This document shows positions 38,321 to 49,086 of a stretch of DNA of 64,000 nt, piece by piece. The notes beneath the pieces were generated by a model that saw only the letters and a list, made by a program, of their open reading frames with translations, searched no databases and had not been told where the DNA came from. A program made the position numbers and the translations under genes. The stretch lies in NCBI GenBank assembly GCA_965203325.1, contig OZ241875.1, positions 224,001 to 288,000 on the forward strand. The letters are read 5' to 3'. This DNA is from a bacterium (GTDB lineage Bacteria; UBA8248). How positions within the stretch are numbered: the stretch's first letter is position 1; each line of letters starts with the position of its first letter.

Positions 38321-41300
38321 TTCGTCAACCTGTCGAAATAGTCCTCGATTTCACCGCGCATCCCGCTCGGCAGGCCGTCTTTCATCGCCTCCATGATCTC
38401 CTCCCTGTACTTGGCCGGCACCTTGTATTGCTCCCGATCGGGTATGAGCACCTCGCTGAACTGGGTGCCGAGATTCCCGTCCTCCTCGCGCCCCCGATCG
38501 TTGGAGCCGCGCGGCTGGGGGAAATTCGGGTTTCTCGACCACCAGGGCCTGTTCCCTCCCATGCCCGGCCCCAGGGCGCTGAACCCACGGGGGGTGCCCA
38601 GACCCACGTTGCCCCGCTGGGCCATCTGCTGCATGGCCTGCTGCATGGAGTTCTGCCCCTCGGCGAGCTTGCGGATCGCCTCCTCCTCGGGGGGCACCGC
38701 ACGGGAGGAACTGCGTTTCGCCAAAGCGGCGCCGGCCTCTTCCATCGCCTCGCCCGCCTCGGCGATTCTGCGCAGGATGCTCGGGTTGATGAAGGGATAT
38801 ATCTGCATCATCCGGCGCAATTGCCGCTCGAAATCCCCCAACCGCTTGCGCAGGTCTTTCTGCCGGTCGCGCAGGCCGTCGAGTTTCGCGATTTCCGTGC
38901 CGCCCGCCTCTTTTTCGGATTTGTCCAGAAGCCCTTCGAGATTCTTGACCAGCTTCTTCCAGGGCGCGGTATCGCGGTCTTCCGCAGCCCTCGACACTCC
39001 CTCCTCCAAGGGCGCGGCGCCGGAACCTTTCAAACCCTTCGCCACCTTCCCCGCGTCCACCTCATCACTCGCCGCCCCGGCCTCTTCTTCTTTCTTCGCT
39101 ACTTGCGCGGGAGCGACGCAGGGCGATTCCCCGAGCGTCGCCGCCCATTCCGGCAGCCTCTGGAAGATGATCCCCCATTCCCCTTTATCGAGCATCGTGT
39201 CGAACTCGGAGAGCGCACGCACCTTCTCGCGCTGGATTTTCTCTGCCTGCGCCCGGGGGGAGAGTTTCTTCTCCGCTTCGGGCCGGCCGAGCATCGAAAT
39301 CTCGGGCTCCGCCGCCTCGGCTTTCTTCTCGGGCTCGGCTTGTTTCACCGGTTCGGCCTTCCCGAAACAATCGGGCGGGAGCGGCCTGGCGGCCGATTCG
39401 CCTGCTTTTTCCCAATACGCACGCGCCAGTCGCGACACGGCGGCGGCGTCTTCGGGCCATTTCTTCTTGAGGCGATCCACCACGGTCTCCACCACCCCCA
39501 CCGTCTCGCCGAGTATGGCCTGCTGCTCCTCCACGATTTTGGCCAGTTCGCCTTGCTGACGCTGGATGGGCCGACCGCCGCGCTGGCTCCTCATCTGCTG
39601 GCGCTGCATGCCGCGAAGCGCCATGCGCATTCTCTGCAACTGGCTCATCAGGCGCCTGAGTTGTTCCAGCGCGCCCTGGAAATTGTTTTGGCGCATCATC
39701 TCGCGAATCCGCTCGAAGGAGCGCATCATGTCCTGCATGGGCATCTCGCGCATGCTGCGCTGGTTCATGAACTCCCTGGGCATGCGCTGGGCCAGCGAAG
39801 CCATCTGCTGCATCAGCTCGCCCAGCTGCTCCCTGAGCTTCCTCAACTCCTTCTCCACCCGCCGGAGCGCTTCTTCGTCAGCACCCATGCTGCGCATTTT
39901 CTCGAGCGCCTGCTCGATGGACCTTTGTCTTTGAATCATCGATTCCGTCGTGCGGCCCGCCCTGTCCACCCGGACGTTGCGCTGGATTTCCTCGCCCATC
40001 GTGGCGAGGCGCTCCAGCGTCTCCGTCGCCTCCTCCTGCCGGGCGGTTATCTCGCGGTTCAGCCTCTCCCTTTCTTCTTTCGCGTTCTCGCCCAGTTTCG
40101 ACAACCGCGCGAGGGGTTTGAGGTATTGCGAAATCGCATCGCGCAGCTGCCGCTCGAGGGTGGATAAATCCATGTCGGAGAGCGTCTCGCGCGGATTCTT
40201 GGGCCGGAGCATCGCCCTCGTCCGCTTGATACGCTCCAGAATTTTTGTGGCCTTCGCCTCGATAGAGGGGCTTTTTCCCGCAAGTTTCCCGGTTTCTCTC
40301 GCTTCTTTCGCCCTCTCTTCCGGCGGGAGGTCCTTCTCCAGGTAATCACCCAGCAGGTCGAGGAGTTCGTTTGAAATCTCGCCCAGGTTCCTGTCCAGCC
40401 CGGCCATCACGGCTTCCCTGTCGCGGATGCTGATGCGGTAGACTTTGCTCGTCCCGACTTTGGGTCCGCTCACCGTGTCCACGTCGGGCGCGATGAAGCG
40501 ATAGGAGAGGACGCCCCCCGGCCGAATGCCCATGGTGCTGAGGTCGAACTCGTAGCGGCCGAGCACGTCCTTCTGGGGCTTCTCGCCGCCCCACACCTTG
40601 ATTCTCCTCGGGCGGCCGCTCCCGAGCCTGACTTCGAGGTACACGCCCCTGATCCCGAAATCATCGGACGCCCGGAACTTCACGGTCACCTGCTCGTCGG
40701 CTTCCACCGTGAGGTCCTTGCCCGGTTGCGTCACCATCACGTCGGGATAGGCGTCGGGGATGATGTCGATCTGGTAGCGCTGGGGCGCCAGATTGGAAAA
40801 CCCGTGCGCATCCTTCAAGCGCACCTGATAAGAACCCGCGCCGCCCAGGATCATCTTGCCGCCCAGCGAGTCGCCGTTTTCGGTGGGATTGAGGGGCAAC
40901 CGCCACCCGTCGGCCAACGCGATGAGCGCCTCCTGAACCGGCTTGTTCGTCTTGACGGCCAACTGCACCTCGGAGCCCATGTAGGCGCGGATGTGGCCTC
41001 CGCTTTTCCCCGCACCGGGTTTCAGCTTCGTATATTCAGGCGGAAACTGAACCACTTCGATGGACTCCACCCTCGGCGGGGCGACCACGCGAACCTCGAC
41101 CGTCCGGGAGCGGAACCTGCCCGTACGCGCCGTGATGCGCGCACCGGCTCCCGCAGCCAGCCAGCGGGCGCGAAACTGGTGAGGCGCCACTTTCTCCATG
41201 GCGATGCTCGCCCCGGCTTCGGCGCCTTGTTGCACCTCCAGTTCCACGTAACCCGCCTCACGCCCCCTGGTCCTGACCTCCAGGGCCGTGGGCATCCCGG

Positions 41301-41925
41301 GAAGCAGCGTCGTGCGCTCCGCCCAAATCTCCAGATGGGTGATGCGCGAGGGCATGAGGTCCGCCGCGTTCGCCAGAAGATAACCCGCGCGCGGGTAGAG
41401 CCCCGGCCAGATGAACGCCATGAGCATCACGACGATGGCCAGAATTCCGGCGAGCCGCCCGAGCCTCTGGAAACCGGCTTGTGAGACGTAAGCTTCGGGG
41501 TCGAGCGATTCCACTTCCCGGCTGGTGTCGTTCACCAGCGCGTCGATGAGTGCGGGCGAAGTGGGATCGTCGTCGCCGAGTTCGCCTTTGCGCGGGAAAA
41601 GCTGCAGCGAACTGATGAGGTTGCTGCCCAGATCCGGGTGGGTCTCTTCGATGTCGAGAGCGATTCTCTCGCGCCTCGGACGGCGCGTCGCCAGCCACCA
41701 GCACCGGACGAGCGCCGCGCCGAGCAGCACAACGGCCAGCCCGGCGTAGATGACGGCGGAATATCCAAAGCGGACCTGGGAGACGACCGCCGCGGGAGCG
41801 AGCAGCAAAACGGCCAGTACGCCCAGCAGCAGAACCATCCCCGCTTCGAGGCGCCTGACCTTGAGGCGAGCGCGAATTACCGAATCGAGAAACTCGTTTA
41901 TCTTCCTGAAAGATCGCTCGGCCAT
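38317..41925 (-). CDS. DUF4175-like membrane-anchored coiled-coil protein
   Basis: Three N-terminal TM helices, PPEYT, D..P.V, A.DDFG, Q/M-rich coiled coil, C-terminal P..YR..I..YF..L. Confidence 0.82.
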   Translation of the reverse strand: MAERSFRKINEFLDSVIRARLKVRRLEAGMVLLLGVLAVLLLAPAAVVSQVRFGYSAVIYAGLAVVLLGAALVRCWWLATRRPRRERIALDIEETHPDLGSNLISSLQLFPRKGELGDDDPTSPALIDALVNDTSREVESLDPEAYVSQAGFQRLGRLAGILAIVVMLMAFIWPGLYPRAGYLLANAADLMPSRITHLEIWAERTTLLPGMPTALEVRTRGREAGYVELEVQQGAEAGASIAMEKVAPHQFRARWLAAGAGARITARTGRFRSRTVEVRVVAPPRVESIEVVQFPPEYTKLKPGAGKSGGHIRAYMGSEVQLAVKTNKPVQEALIALADGWRLPLNPTENGDSLGGKMILGGAGSYQVRLKDAHGFSNLAPQRYQIDIIPDAYPDVMVTQPGKDLTVEADEQVTVKFRASDDFGIRGVYLEVRLGSGRPRRIKVWGGEKPQKDVLGRYEFDLSTMGIRPGGVLSYRFIAPDVDTVSGPKVGTSKVYRISIRDREAVMAGLDRNLGEISNELLDLLGDYLEKDLPPEERAKEARETGKLAGKSPSIEAKATKILERIKRTRAMLRPKNPRETLSDMDLSTLERQLRDAISQYLKPLARLSKLGENAKEERERLNREITARQEEATETLERLATMGEEIQRNVRVDRAGRTTESMIQRQRSIEQALEKMRSMGADEEALRRVEKELRKLREQLGELMQQMASLAQRMPREFMNQRSMREMPMQDMMRSFERIREMMRQNNFQGALEQLRRLMSQLQRMRMALRGMQRQQMRSQRGGRPIQRQQGELAKIVEEQQAILGETVGVVETVVDRLKKKWPEDAAAVSRLARAYWEKAGESAARPLPPDCFGKAEPVKQAEPEKKAEAAEPEISMLGRPEAEKKLSPRAQAEKIQREKVRALSEFDTMLDKGEWGIIFQRLPEWAATLGESPCVAPAQVAKKEEEAGAASDEVDAGKVAKGLKGSGAAPLEEGVSRAAEDRDTAPWKKLVKNLEGLLDKSEKEAGGTEIAKLDGLRDRQKDLRKRLGDFERQLRRMMQIYPFINPSILRRIAEAGEAMEEAGAALAKRSSSRAVPPEEEAIRKLAEGQNSMQQAMQQMAQRGNVGLGTPRGFSALGPGMGGNRPWWSRNPNFPQPRGSNDRGREEDGNLGTQFSEVLIPDREQYKVPAKYREEIMEAMKDGLPSGMRGEIEDYFDRLTK

Positions 41926-42035
41926 TTCCCGTTTCCTCACATGAATGAACGGCGAGGAGAATCAAATGAAATTGTAATACATGATTTGATTTACCGCACG
42001 TTCATCTAAAAAACCGCGCGCCGACCGCCTTGCGT

Positions 42036-44378
42036 TCAAGCCAGCCCCCAAAGTCTCCGTATGGTCCATTCCAGGCCCGGCAGCAGAATGAGAATCATCC
42101 CGATCCAGGGAATGCTCCAGAGCCTCACGTCACGCACCTCCATCACCCTGTGCGGCACCTTGCCCTTCAAGGCCTCCAGGACGCGGGCGGTCAAATCTTC
42201 CTCCGCCACGGCGTCGGCCCGGAAAAACAACCCGCCCGTGTGCTTCGCCAGCGTTTGCAGGTTCTCCCAGTGCGGGCTGACGTCGGCCCACTCCGCCTTG
42301 CCCGCTTCACGGCCGATGCCGATCGTGCGCACCGCCTCGCCGATAACCTGCCCGCCCTCTACGGCCGTCATCCTCGCCCGATAGCTCCCGTTCCCGCGGG
42401 GGCGGAAGCGAACCTCGAACTCCCGGGAATCCGGGCGGTAGACCGCGCGATACCGGCTGGTGACGCCATAGGGGTCGCGAAGCTGCACCTGCACCTGCGC
42501 CGCCGGGGCGGGCCGGTAGGATTCGTCCCGCACCTGCATCCTGAGGACGTAGGTCCCGTCCTTCGCCTGCTCCGCTTCAGGGACAATCTGGACCTGCGAA
42601 ATTCCGGGGTCGCCCGAGAGCCAGCGGATCATCTGCGCCACCAGACGGATGTAGAGGCGGTTCGTCTTCTCCGCCGCCACCATCCCGAAATTCCACCGCC
42701 AGATATCGTCGGAGAAAATGCTCACCACCCTGCCCTCGCCAATCCGCTTCGTGGCGAGCAGGGGAATTTTCCCCTCTTTCGTCGAAACGAGAATCTGCCC
42801 CTTCCCGAACGGCGTCGTTGAATTGATGCGCCTCAAGGCCGGAAGGCCGGCCCAGAGTTTCTTGTTCTCCTCGACGTCCGGGGAGAGTTGCGTGATGGGA
42901 TGCCTGCCGCCGGTGGAAGTCAGCTGAACGAGCAGGCGCCTTTGGTCCTGATAGTCGCTCTGCTGCTGCAAGCGCACGGGCAGGAGATCCTCGATGGGGC
43001 TGCGGTAATACCCGCCCGCGCTGAAGGATTGCCTGCCGCCGAACTTGAGCAAGGCCCCGCCCTTGCGGACGTATTCCCCCACGCGCTGGAGGTAGTAGTT
43101 GCTGAAATACTCCTGTGCGGAGAAATTATCGAAAACCACGATCTCGAAATTCTTGAGTTCTTCCAGGAACAGCTTGTCCACCGGGAACGGAACGAGGCTC
43201 AGGTGCCTGGTCGGAACGCCCGGGTCATCCTCCGAAGTCCTCAGGAAAACGAACGACACGAGATCGATGGCGGGGTCCCGCTTGAGCGCCATGCGCAGGA
43301 AGCGGTAGTTCCAGGTGGGAGAACCCGTGATCGTCAGCACCCGAATCTTGTCGCGCCGCACTTCCAGGGGGATCTCGACGCGGTTGTTCGACTCCACGAT
43401 TTCGCCGCGCTGAACGGGCGTCACCACGCTGAGCACCTGGCTCCCCACTTCATTCGGCGTGAAGCGGAATTTCACGAGCCGGCGCAGCGGACTGCGCCTG
43501 ACGTCTATCGACCGGGTCCTGATGATGCGGCCCTCGCGCGTAAGGGCGACCGGCAGCTTGCGGCCCGAATAGCCTTTCACCGAAAGCGAGACCTCCAGAC
43601 TCATCTCCTTTCCCTGAAAGGCGATGCGCGGAGCCTGTATGTCCTGTATGGCGATGTCCCGAAAAGAATCCGGCGACCCGAAGCCCACTCCGATGAGGGG
43701 CGGAAAGGATTTCACGTCCCCGGGCGGAAGGTCCGCTCCGGTGGTGTCCCCCCCGTCCGTGAGCATCAGGATACCCAGGGGACCGTCCTGGTTTTTCTGC
43801 TCTTGCTCGCCCTCTGGCATGCTCGCTTCGCGGGCGCTGCGCAGGGCGCCCCGGATGGCCCCCAGGGGATCGCTGCCCACGCCCCGGGCTTCGAGGTTTT
43901 CGAGCTCCCGCACCCCGATGGGGGTTCTGCGCGCATCGTAGCGGGCGAGTTGAACGTCGTAGAGTTTTCTGAGGCCATCGAGCAGGCTCGCCGGGACTTC
44001 CGCCTGCTCCTCCTCTCCGGGGGTTTGCGGCTCCCCGATCTTTTTCGGGACCAGCAGAAAATCCTTCGCCAAATCGATGCGCGTTTTCTTGCTGTTCACG
44101 TCCTGGACGCTCATGCTCGCCGAACTGTCGAGGAGAACGAGCAGCTTGGGCGGCAGGGAGCGCTCGCGCTTGTCGATCAGCGTCGGGCCGGAGAGAAAAA
44201 AGACGACCGCCGCATACAACAAACCCCGCAGAACCTGAAGAAGCCAGACGCGCCTCATCGGGAGTTTTTCGGCCAAATCGCGGTGTCTTCGCACGAGCGC
44301 CCAGCCGAGTCCGGCCGCCACAGGGAGGATCACCCACCAGGGAGCGCCGCCCGGCCAATGAAGTGTGGACCAGTCCAT
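42036..44378 (-). CDS. VWA + glutamine-amidotransferase-like membrane protein
   Basis: DSSASM, LTDG, W.YRFLR..L.RDP, GG..SF..GGY, WRW, EW..RR..GL. Confidence 0.85.
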   Translation of the reverse strand: MDWSTLHWPGGAPWWVILPVAAGLGWALVRRHRDLAEKLPMRRVWLLQVLRGLLYAAVVFFLSGPTLIDKRERSLPPKLLVLLDSSASMSVQDVNSKKTRIDLAKDFLLVPKKIGEPQTPGEEEQAEVPASLLDGLRKLYDVQLARYDARRTPIGVRELENLEARGVGSDPLGAIRGALRSAREASMPEGEQEQKNQDGPLGILMLTDGGDTTGADLPPGDVKSFPPLIGVGFGSPDSFRDIAIQDIQAPRIAFQGKEMSLEVSLSVKGYSGRKLPVALTREGRIIRTRSIDVRRSPLRRLVKFRFTPNEVGSQVLSVVTPVQRGEIVESNNRVEIPLEVRRDKIRVLTITGSPTWNYRFLRMALKRDPAIDLVSFVFLRTSEDDPGVPTRHLSLVPFPVDKLFLEELKNFEIVVFDNFSAQEYFSNYYLQRVGEYVRKGGALLKFGGRQSFSAGGYYRSPIEDLLPVRLQQQSDYQDQRRLLVQLTSTGGRHPITQLSPDVEENKKLWAGLPALRRINSTTPFGKGQILVSTKEGKIPLLATKRIGEGRVVSIFSDDIWRWNFGMVAAEKTNRLYIRLVAQMIRWLSGDPGISQVQIVPEAEQAKDGTYVLRMQVRDESYRPAPAAQVQVQLRDPYGVTSRYRAVYRPDSREFEVRFRPRGNGSYRARMTAVEGGQVIGEAVRTIGIGREAGKAEWADVSPHWENLQTLAKHTGGLFFRADAVAEEDLTARVLEALKGKVPHRVMEVRDVRLWSIPWIGMILILLPGLEWTIRRLWGLA

Positions 44379-44381
44379 CGT

Positions 44382-45230
44382 CTAGCCCTGGTTCAGCCTG
44401 CGCTGGATGAAGGGGTGGTGGATGAGGTCCTGCTTGTAGTTGCCCGTCATCGCGTAGAGGGAGATGTTGACGGCGAGTTGAAAGGCCGCGAGACGCTGGG
44501 GCTCCCCGCCGGGGGTGCATTCTTCGAGCCATCCGCCCCCGGGCCCCCTCGCCCAGGCGCCGCCCAGGTCGTTCCGGCAGAAGATGACGGGGGTGAACAT
44601 ACCCACCTGGATGCCCAGCAAGTCCTGGCTGACGGCCTGTCGCCCGCCGATGGAGCGGATCAGGTAATAACTCTTGAACACGGCGTGCTCGCGCTGGAGC
44701 GCCTCGAAGGAAGTTCTCGGAAAAACCAGCCGCATGAGTTCCCTGACGGCGCCGCCGAAGGCTTCTTCTTCGAGCCCGAGCCCGTCGTCGATGAGCAAAA
44801 ACCCCCCGTAGGTGAGGTGGCGCCTCAAGTTGTCTATCGCCCTCGAGCCGGGCATCTCGAACTCGTAGCGCCCCGACATATACAGGAAAGGATATTCGAA
44901 AATTTCGGGCGAGGAGATGTCCACCGCCTGCGCATCCCCTGCGGTTTCGATGCTCGTGCGTCTTCTCACCTCATCGAGAAAAGAAGCCATCGCCGTGGGG
45001 TATTCCCGCCAGCGTCCGCCCGAATAGCGCAACTGCGCCGGCGTGAAATCGGGGAGAAACGTCTTTTCCTCCTCGAAGGAGCGCGGCAAGAGATGCTTCT
45101 GCCAGTCGCCGAGGGGAGCGGGCGACTGCGCTTCCGTCCGCGCGGGGAGGCCGAGGAGCGCGGCCGCGGCCACTGCAGAGCGGGCGATGAACGCGCGCCG
45201 GCTCAAGAGAGATTTACGGGACGCTGACAT
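44382..45230 (-). CDS. DUF4159 domain protein with Tat signal
   Basis: SRRAFI twin-arginine motif, PFLYMSG, GGFLLIDD, NDLGGAW, N...YAMTGNYK.D..H. Confidence 0.88.
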   Translation of the reverse strand: MSASRKSLLSRRAFIARSAVAAAALLGLPARTEAQSPAPLGDWQKHLLPRSFEEEKTFLPDFTPAQLRYSGGRWREYPTAMASFLDEVRRRTSIETAGDAQAVDISSPEIFEYPFLYMSGRYEFEMPGSRAIDNLRRHLTYGGFLLIDDGLGLEEEAFGGAVRELMRLVFPRTSFEALQREHAVFKSYYLIRSIGGRQAVSQDLLGIQVGMFTPVIFCRNDLGGAWARGPGGGWLEECTPGGEPQRLAAFQLAVNISLYAMTGNYKQDLIHHPFIQRRLNQG

Positions 45231-46056
45231 CGGGCAACACCACGTAGGTCGTGGGCGGCGGCAGTCTTTTGCGCGTGAGCACGAGCTCGGTTTCCTTCGG
45301 GCGGAGGACTCGCGTGATTCCCTCCGCCTTCAGGGCCTTTTCGAACTCTCCGGTCAATTCGGGGCCGAAGTAGTGCATCGGTATCACGATGTTGGGCCCG
45401 ATGCGCTTGACGATCTTGGCCGCCACGTCGTGCGGCACCGTAAAGGAGCCGTCGATCGGAAGCAGGAGCACGTGAATTTTCCCAAGGGCCCGTATCTGTC
45501 CGGGCGACGGCCCGAAGCGCGCGTTCCCGAAGTGCGCGACGCAAATCCCGCCCGCCTGAAAGACGTGGATGGTGTTGAGGACGAAGGGATGGTTCTCGTC
45601 CCCGTCCACCTGGGGGAAGGACGCGACTCTCAGCTTCCCGAATTTCTCGTCGATCGCGTTGGGCTTTCCCTCCTGCGTCACACCGAAAAAAATCTCCGAC
45701 TTGCCCACGTAGGGCCCCGTCATGGAGTGGGTTTCGTGGAAATTGCTGACGGTGACGGCATCCGGCGGCGGATCCAGCACAGGGATCACGTAGGGGTCCA
45801 TGACGGCCCGCCCGCCGCCCGGGGCTTCGATCAGGAAACTCGAATGACCCAGAAACTTGAGCCGAACCGCGCGCGTTTGGCGAGCGCTCTCCCATCCGCC
45901 CCTCGTCGAGACGGGGATGAAACGCCCGTCGCGCTTGACGATTCCCGGCTTGCAGATGCCCTCGGCCGCCCATGTGAGAGTGGGCGAAAAGATAAACGCG
46001 AAGAAGACGAACAAACCCAGGGAGACGATTTTTTTCGCCGGAAAGCGATTCCGCAT
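45214..46056 (-). CDS. Exported MBL-fold (lactamase B_3-like) protein
   Basis: FLGHSSFLI, DPY, VAHFG, LLPIDG, IPMHY; metal motif is degenerate. Confidence 0.8.
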   Translation of the reverse strand: MRNRFPAKKIVSLGLFVFFAFIFSPTLTWAAEGICKPGIVKRDGRFIPVSTRGGWESARQTRAVRLKFLGHSSFLIEAPGGGRAVMDPYVIPVLDPPPDAVTVSNFHETHSMTGPYVGKSEIFFGVTQEGKPNAIDEKFGKLRVASFPQVDGDENHPFVLNTIHVFQAGGICVAHFGNARFGPSPGQIRALGKIHVLLLPIDGSFTVPHDVAAKIVKRIGPNIVIPMHYFGPELTGEFEKALKAEGITRVLRPKETELVLTRKRLPPPTTYVVLPDVSVP

Positions 46057-46247
46057 GCACGTCGAAAATCGATGCTTCCCACAGGCGGGGTTCAATATGA
46101 TGTCCCCCTATGGCAACGTCGCTACGACATCACCACGACATTTTTACGACATCACAGCGACAAAGCGGCGGCGTGAACGTGCAATTCTAGCGCATTTATC
46201 CATCCTGTGGATAGTCGCGCGCCGCAGTGGGGAAAAAAGCGAGATTC

Positions 46248-46787
46248 TCACCACTGCGGCGGCTCGCCCCGGGCGGTCCCCCGCCAGGGGGAAATCCATA
46301 TCGCCGCCGCCAGGATGCACGCCTTGAGCACGTCCGTGACGACATAGGCGCCGTGGTAGCGACCGAACTCGCTCTGCACGGCGGGCGCGCCCCCCGAAGC
46401 CTCCGTGCTCGTGAGGATTCTGCCGAGCGCTTCTATTTTCGGCGAGAACCAGAAGACGTGCACACCCACGATGAGAAGGAGACACCCGGCCAGCACGAGC
46501 GGCAAACCACTCATCCGTCCCGCCCACCAGAGAAAGCAGAACAACAAGACGCAGAACATGAATTGCAGGCGGTTCCATGCGCGGAAAATGCGGGCATTCA
46601 CCTCTCTCGCGGCCATGCGGCCCTTGAGCTTCGCCTTTGAGGCGGGTTCGAACAGCTTGGAGGCCACCGGGTTTTTCCCCGCGTCGAACGTATCGAAAGA
46701 ATTCGTCGCGGCCCACCACACGCCCAGCGTGAGGGCGAGCCAGGATACGAGAAGAGCGAAGTGCAAAGAACGAACCAGAGCGGTCAA
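46248..46787 (-). CDS. DUF4149/TMEM205-like membrane protein
   Basis: Four TM helices, F.RYHG motif; GAGGAG before TTG at 46787. Confidence 0.7.
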   Translation of the reverse strand: MTALVRSLHFALLVSWLALTLGVWWAATNSFDTFDAGKNPVASKLFEPASKAKLKGRMAAREVNARIFRAWNRLQFMFCVLLFCFLWWAGRMSGLPLVLAGCLLLIVGVHVFWFSPKIEALGRILTSTEASGGAPAVQSEFGRYHGAYVVTDVLKACILAAAIWISPWRGTARGEPPQW

Positions 46788-46910
46788 GCCAGACTCCTCG
46801 ATCCGGGAACAGACACACTTGAGCACGGACCTTCAATGTACTCGACAAGCACGGCGGCTCACAAGCCACAGGCGCAAGGAGCGGGCCCCTGCCCAAGGCG
46901 CGATGATCTC

Positions 46911-47275
46911 GTAGGGGCGCTTCGTGAAGCGCCCGTTTCTCCAGGGGGGTCGTTCGCGAACGACCCCTACGTCACAACCGAAGATGACGACCGTAGGGGC
47001 GACCCCCTGTGGCCGCCCTTCCCCCGCGCCTGTCCCGAGGAGGGACAACCACAGGGGGCAGGACAGGCACGGGGGCCTGTCCCTACAAAACCACCCCCCC
47101 TACCCCCCCCTTGTCAGGGGGGTAAGAAAAACCAACCACCGTAAAAAAGGATCAACTCCCCCCTTGAGGGGGAGTGAACCACTTCTCTCGTTGGTAGGCA
47201 ACGATTTTCTTGCGGGGAGTGTTTCTCGTTTTTCTCATCGACTTCGTAGGGACAGGCACGGAGGCCTGTCCCTAC
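46911..47275. repeat. Cluster of GTAG REP palindromes plus a half C/G-run element
   Basis: GTAG..CTAC hairpin pairs at 46911-46970, 46993-47086 and 47246-47275; single C/G arm at 47094-47122. Confidence 0.85.
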
Positions 47276-47421
47276 GGCGAACAATCTCGAAGGTAGGATA
47301 GACTTTTCACAACGGCCCCGGTCAACGCTCCCCGGCGTATCGCCCAAAGCAATGCTGGACACCGCGTTGCGCGAACACTTAGAATGATTTGAGCGGCACC
47401 GCGGCTCACGGGGAGATTGCC

Positions 47422-49071
47422 ATGACAGAAAACGCTTCCACGGCCTACAAGTCTCCCGCCAAAATCGAGGCCCTGCTCTCCCGCCAGAAAGAAGAAGGCT
47501 ATCTCTCGAAAGAGGCGATCACCGAGGTCTCCAGAGACCTGGGCGTTCCCATCTACGATTCCTACGGCATCGCCAGCTTTTTCCCGCACTTTCACCTGGA
47601 AAAACCCGCGAAACCCAAAGTCCAGATATGCCGGGACATGAGCTGTCTGCTCGCAGGCGGCGATGCGCTCTTAGAAAGTGCGAAAAAACTCGCCCGCCGC
47701 GCCGGAATCCGGAACCTCCGGCCCGAAAGCTGCGCCTGCCTGGGCCGCTGCGACAAGGGGCCCGCCGCCGAGATCGAGGGCCGCATCTATTCCTCCCTCG
47801 CGGCTGAAAAATTTCAAAACATCCTCGCGTCCTGGAAAAACGGGCGCCTGAGTCCCGCCTCCAGGGCGCAGAAGCTGAAACACGCATCGCGCATCAACCC
47901 TTACCGTAAGAACGAGGCTTATGGGGTCCTGCGAGCGTTGATGAGAAACGACAAGCCCGAGAGCGTCATCGACGTACTCAAGGACAGCGGCCTGCGCGGC
48001 ATGGGGGGCGCCGGTTTTCCGGTCGGGCTCAAGTGGAGTTTCGTCCTGAGCGCGCCGGGGGATGAGAAATTCGTCGTCTGCAACGCCGATGAGAGCGAAC
48101 CGGGCACGTTCAAGGACCGCGCCATCATGGACACATACCCCGAACTCGTCGTCGAGGGAATGCTCATCGCCTGCCGGGCCGTTGGGGCTGTGCGCGCCAT
48201 CATCTACATACGCCACGAATACGGCGCGCAGGCGAAAAGGCTCGGAAAAGCCATCGAACGCGCGCGCAAGGCCCGCCTCATCGGCACGAAGAACACCCCC
48301 ACTCTCGAAATCTTCACCAGCCCCGGCGGATACATCTGCGGGGAGGAGACGGCGCTCCTGGAAGTCCTGGAGGACAAGCGCGCCCAGCCACGCGACAAAC
48401 CCCCCTTCCCCGGCTCCGAGGGTCTTTTCGGCAAGCCCACCCTCATCAACAACGTCGAGACCTTCGCGCTCATACCGGCGGTGCTGAAGAAAGGAGCGGC
48501 GTGGTTCACCTCCTTCGGGCGAAACGGAAGCAAAGGCTTCAAGGTGGTGGGCGTGAGTGGTGCGGTGCGAAAACCGGGGGTCTACGAGGTGGAGTTCGGT
48601 ACGCCTATCCGGGAGATCATCAAGGGTCCTGCGGGCGGGCTGCCCCCGGACGCGCGCTTGAAGGCGTTCTCGCCCGGCGGGGCCAGCAGCGGATTTCTGC
48701 CCGCGCGCCTCGTCGACGTTCCATACGATTTCGACTCCTTACAGGAGACGGGCAGCATGCTGGGCAGCGGGGCGCTCGTCGTCATCCCCGAGGGGGTGGA
48801 CATGGTCGCGCTCGCCCACAACGTGGTGCGCTTTTTCAGGGACGAATCCTGCGGCAAGTGCGTGCCCTGCCGCCTGGGGACGGAAAAACTCACCGCCTTT
48901 CTGGAGCGGGTATTGCGCGGCGAGGGGCGGGCAACGGAGCTGCCCGCCATGCGCGAGATATGCGAGGCCATGAAGGACACCTCCATCTGCGGCCTCGGAC
49001 AGGCCGCGCCGATTCCCTATCTCTCGCTCTTCGAATACTTCGAGGCGGACATCGAGGCGAGACTGAAATGA
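47422..49071 (+). CDS. NAD-linked formate dehydrogenase beta subunit (NuoE+NuoF fusion)
   Basis: C....C / CLGRC 2Fe-2S ligands, GLRGMGGAGFP, NADESEPGTFKD, YICGEETAL, ESCGKCVPCR, SICGLG. Confidence 0.92.
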   Translation: MTENASTAYKSPAKIEALLSRQKEEGYLSKEAITEVSRDLGVPIYDSYGIASFFPHFHLEKPAKPKVQICRDMSCLLAGGDALLESAKKLARRAGIRNLRPESCACLGRCDKGPAAEIEGRIYSSLAAEKFQNILASWKNGRLSPASRAQKLKHASRINPYRKNEAYGVLRALMRNDKPESVIDVLKDSGLRGMGGAGFPVGLKWSFVLSAPGDEKFVVCNADESEPGTFKDRAIMDTYPELVVEGMLIACRAVGAVRAIIYIRHEYGAQAKRLGKAIERARKARLIGTKNTPTLEIFTSPGGYICGEETALLEVLEDKRAQPRDKPPFPGSEGLFGKPTLINNVETFALIPAVLKKGAAWFTSFGRNGSKGFKVVGVSGAVRKPGVYEVEFGTPIREIIKGPAGGLPPDARLKAFSPGGASSGFLPARLVDVPYDFDSLQETGSMLGSGALVVIPEGVDMVALAHNVVRFFRDESCGKCVPCRLGTEKLTAFLERVLRGEGRATELPAMREICEAMKDTSICGLGQAAPIPYLSLFEYFEADIEARLK

Positions 49072-49086
49072 CGACGGGGCTGAACA

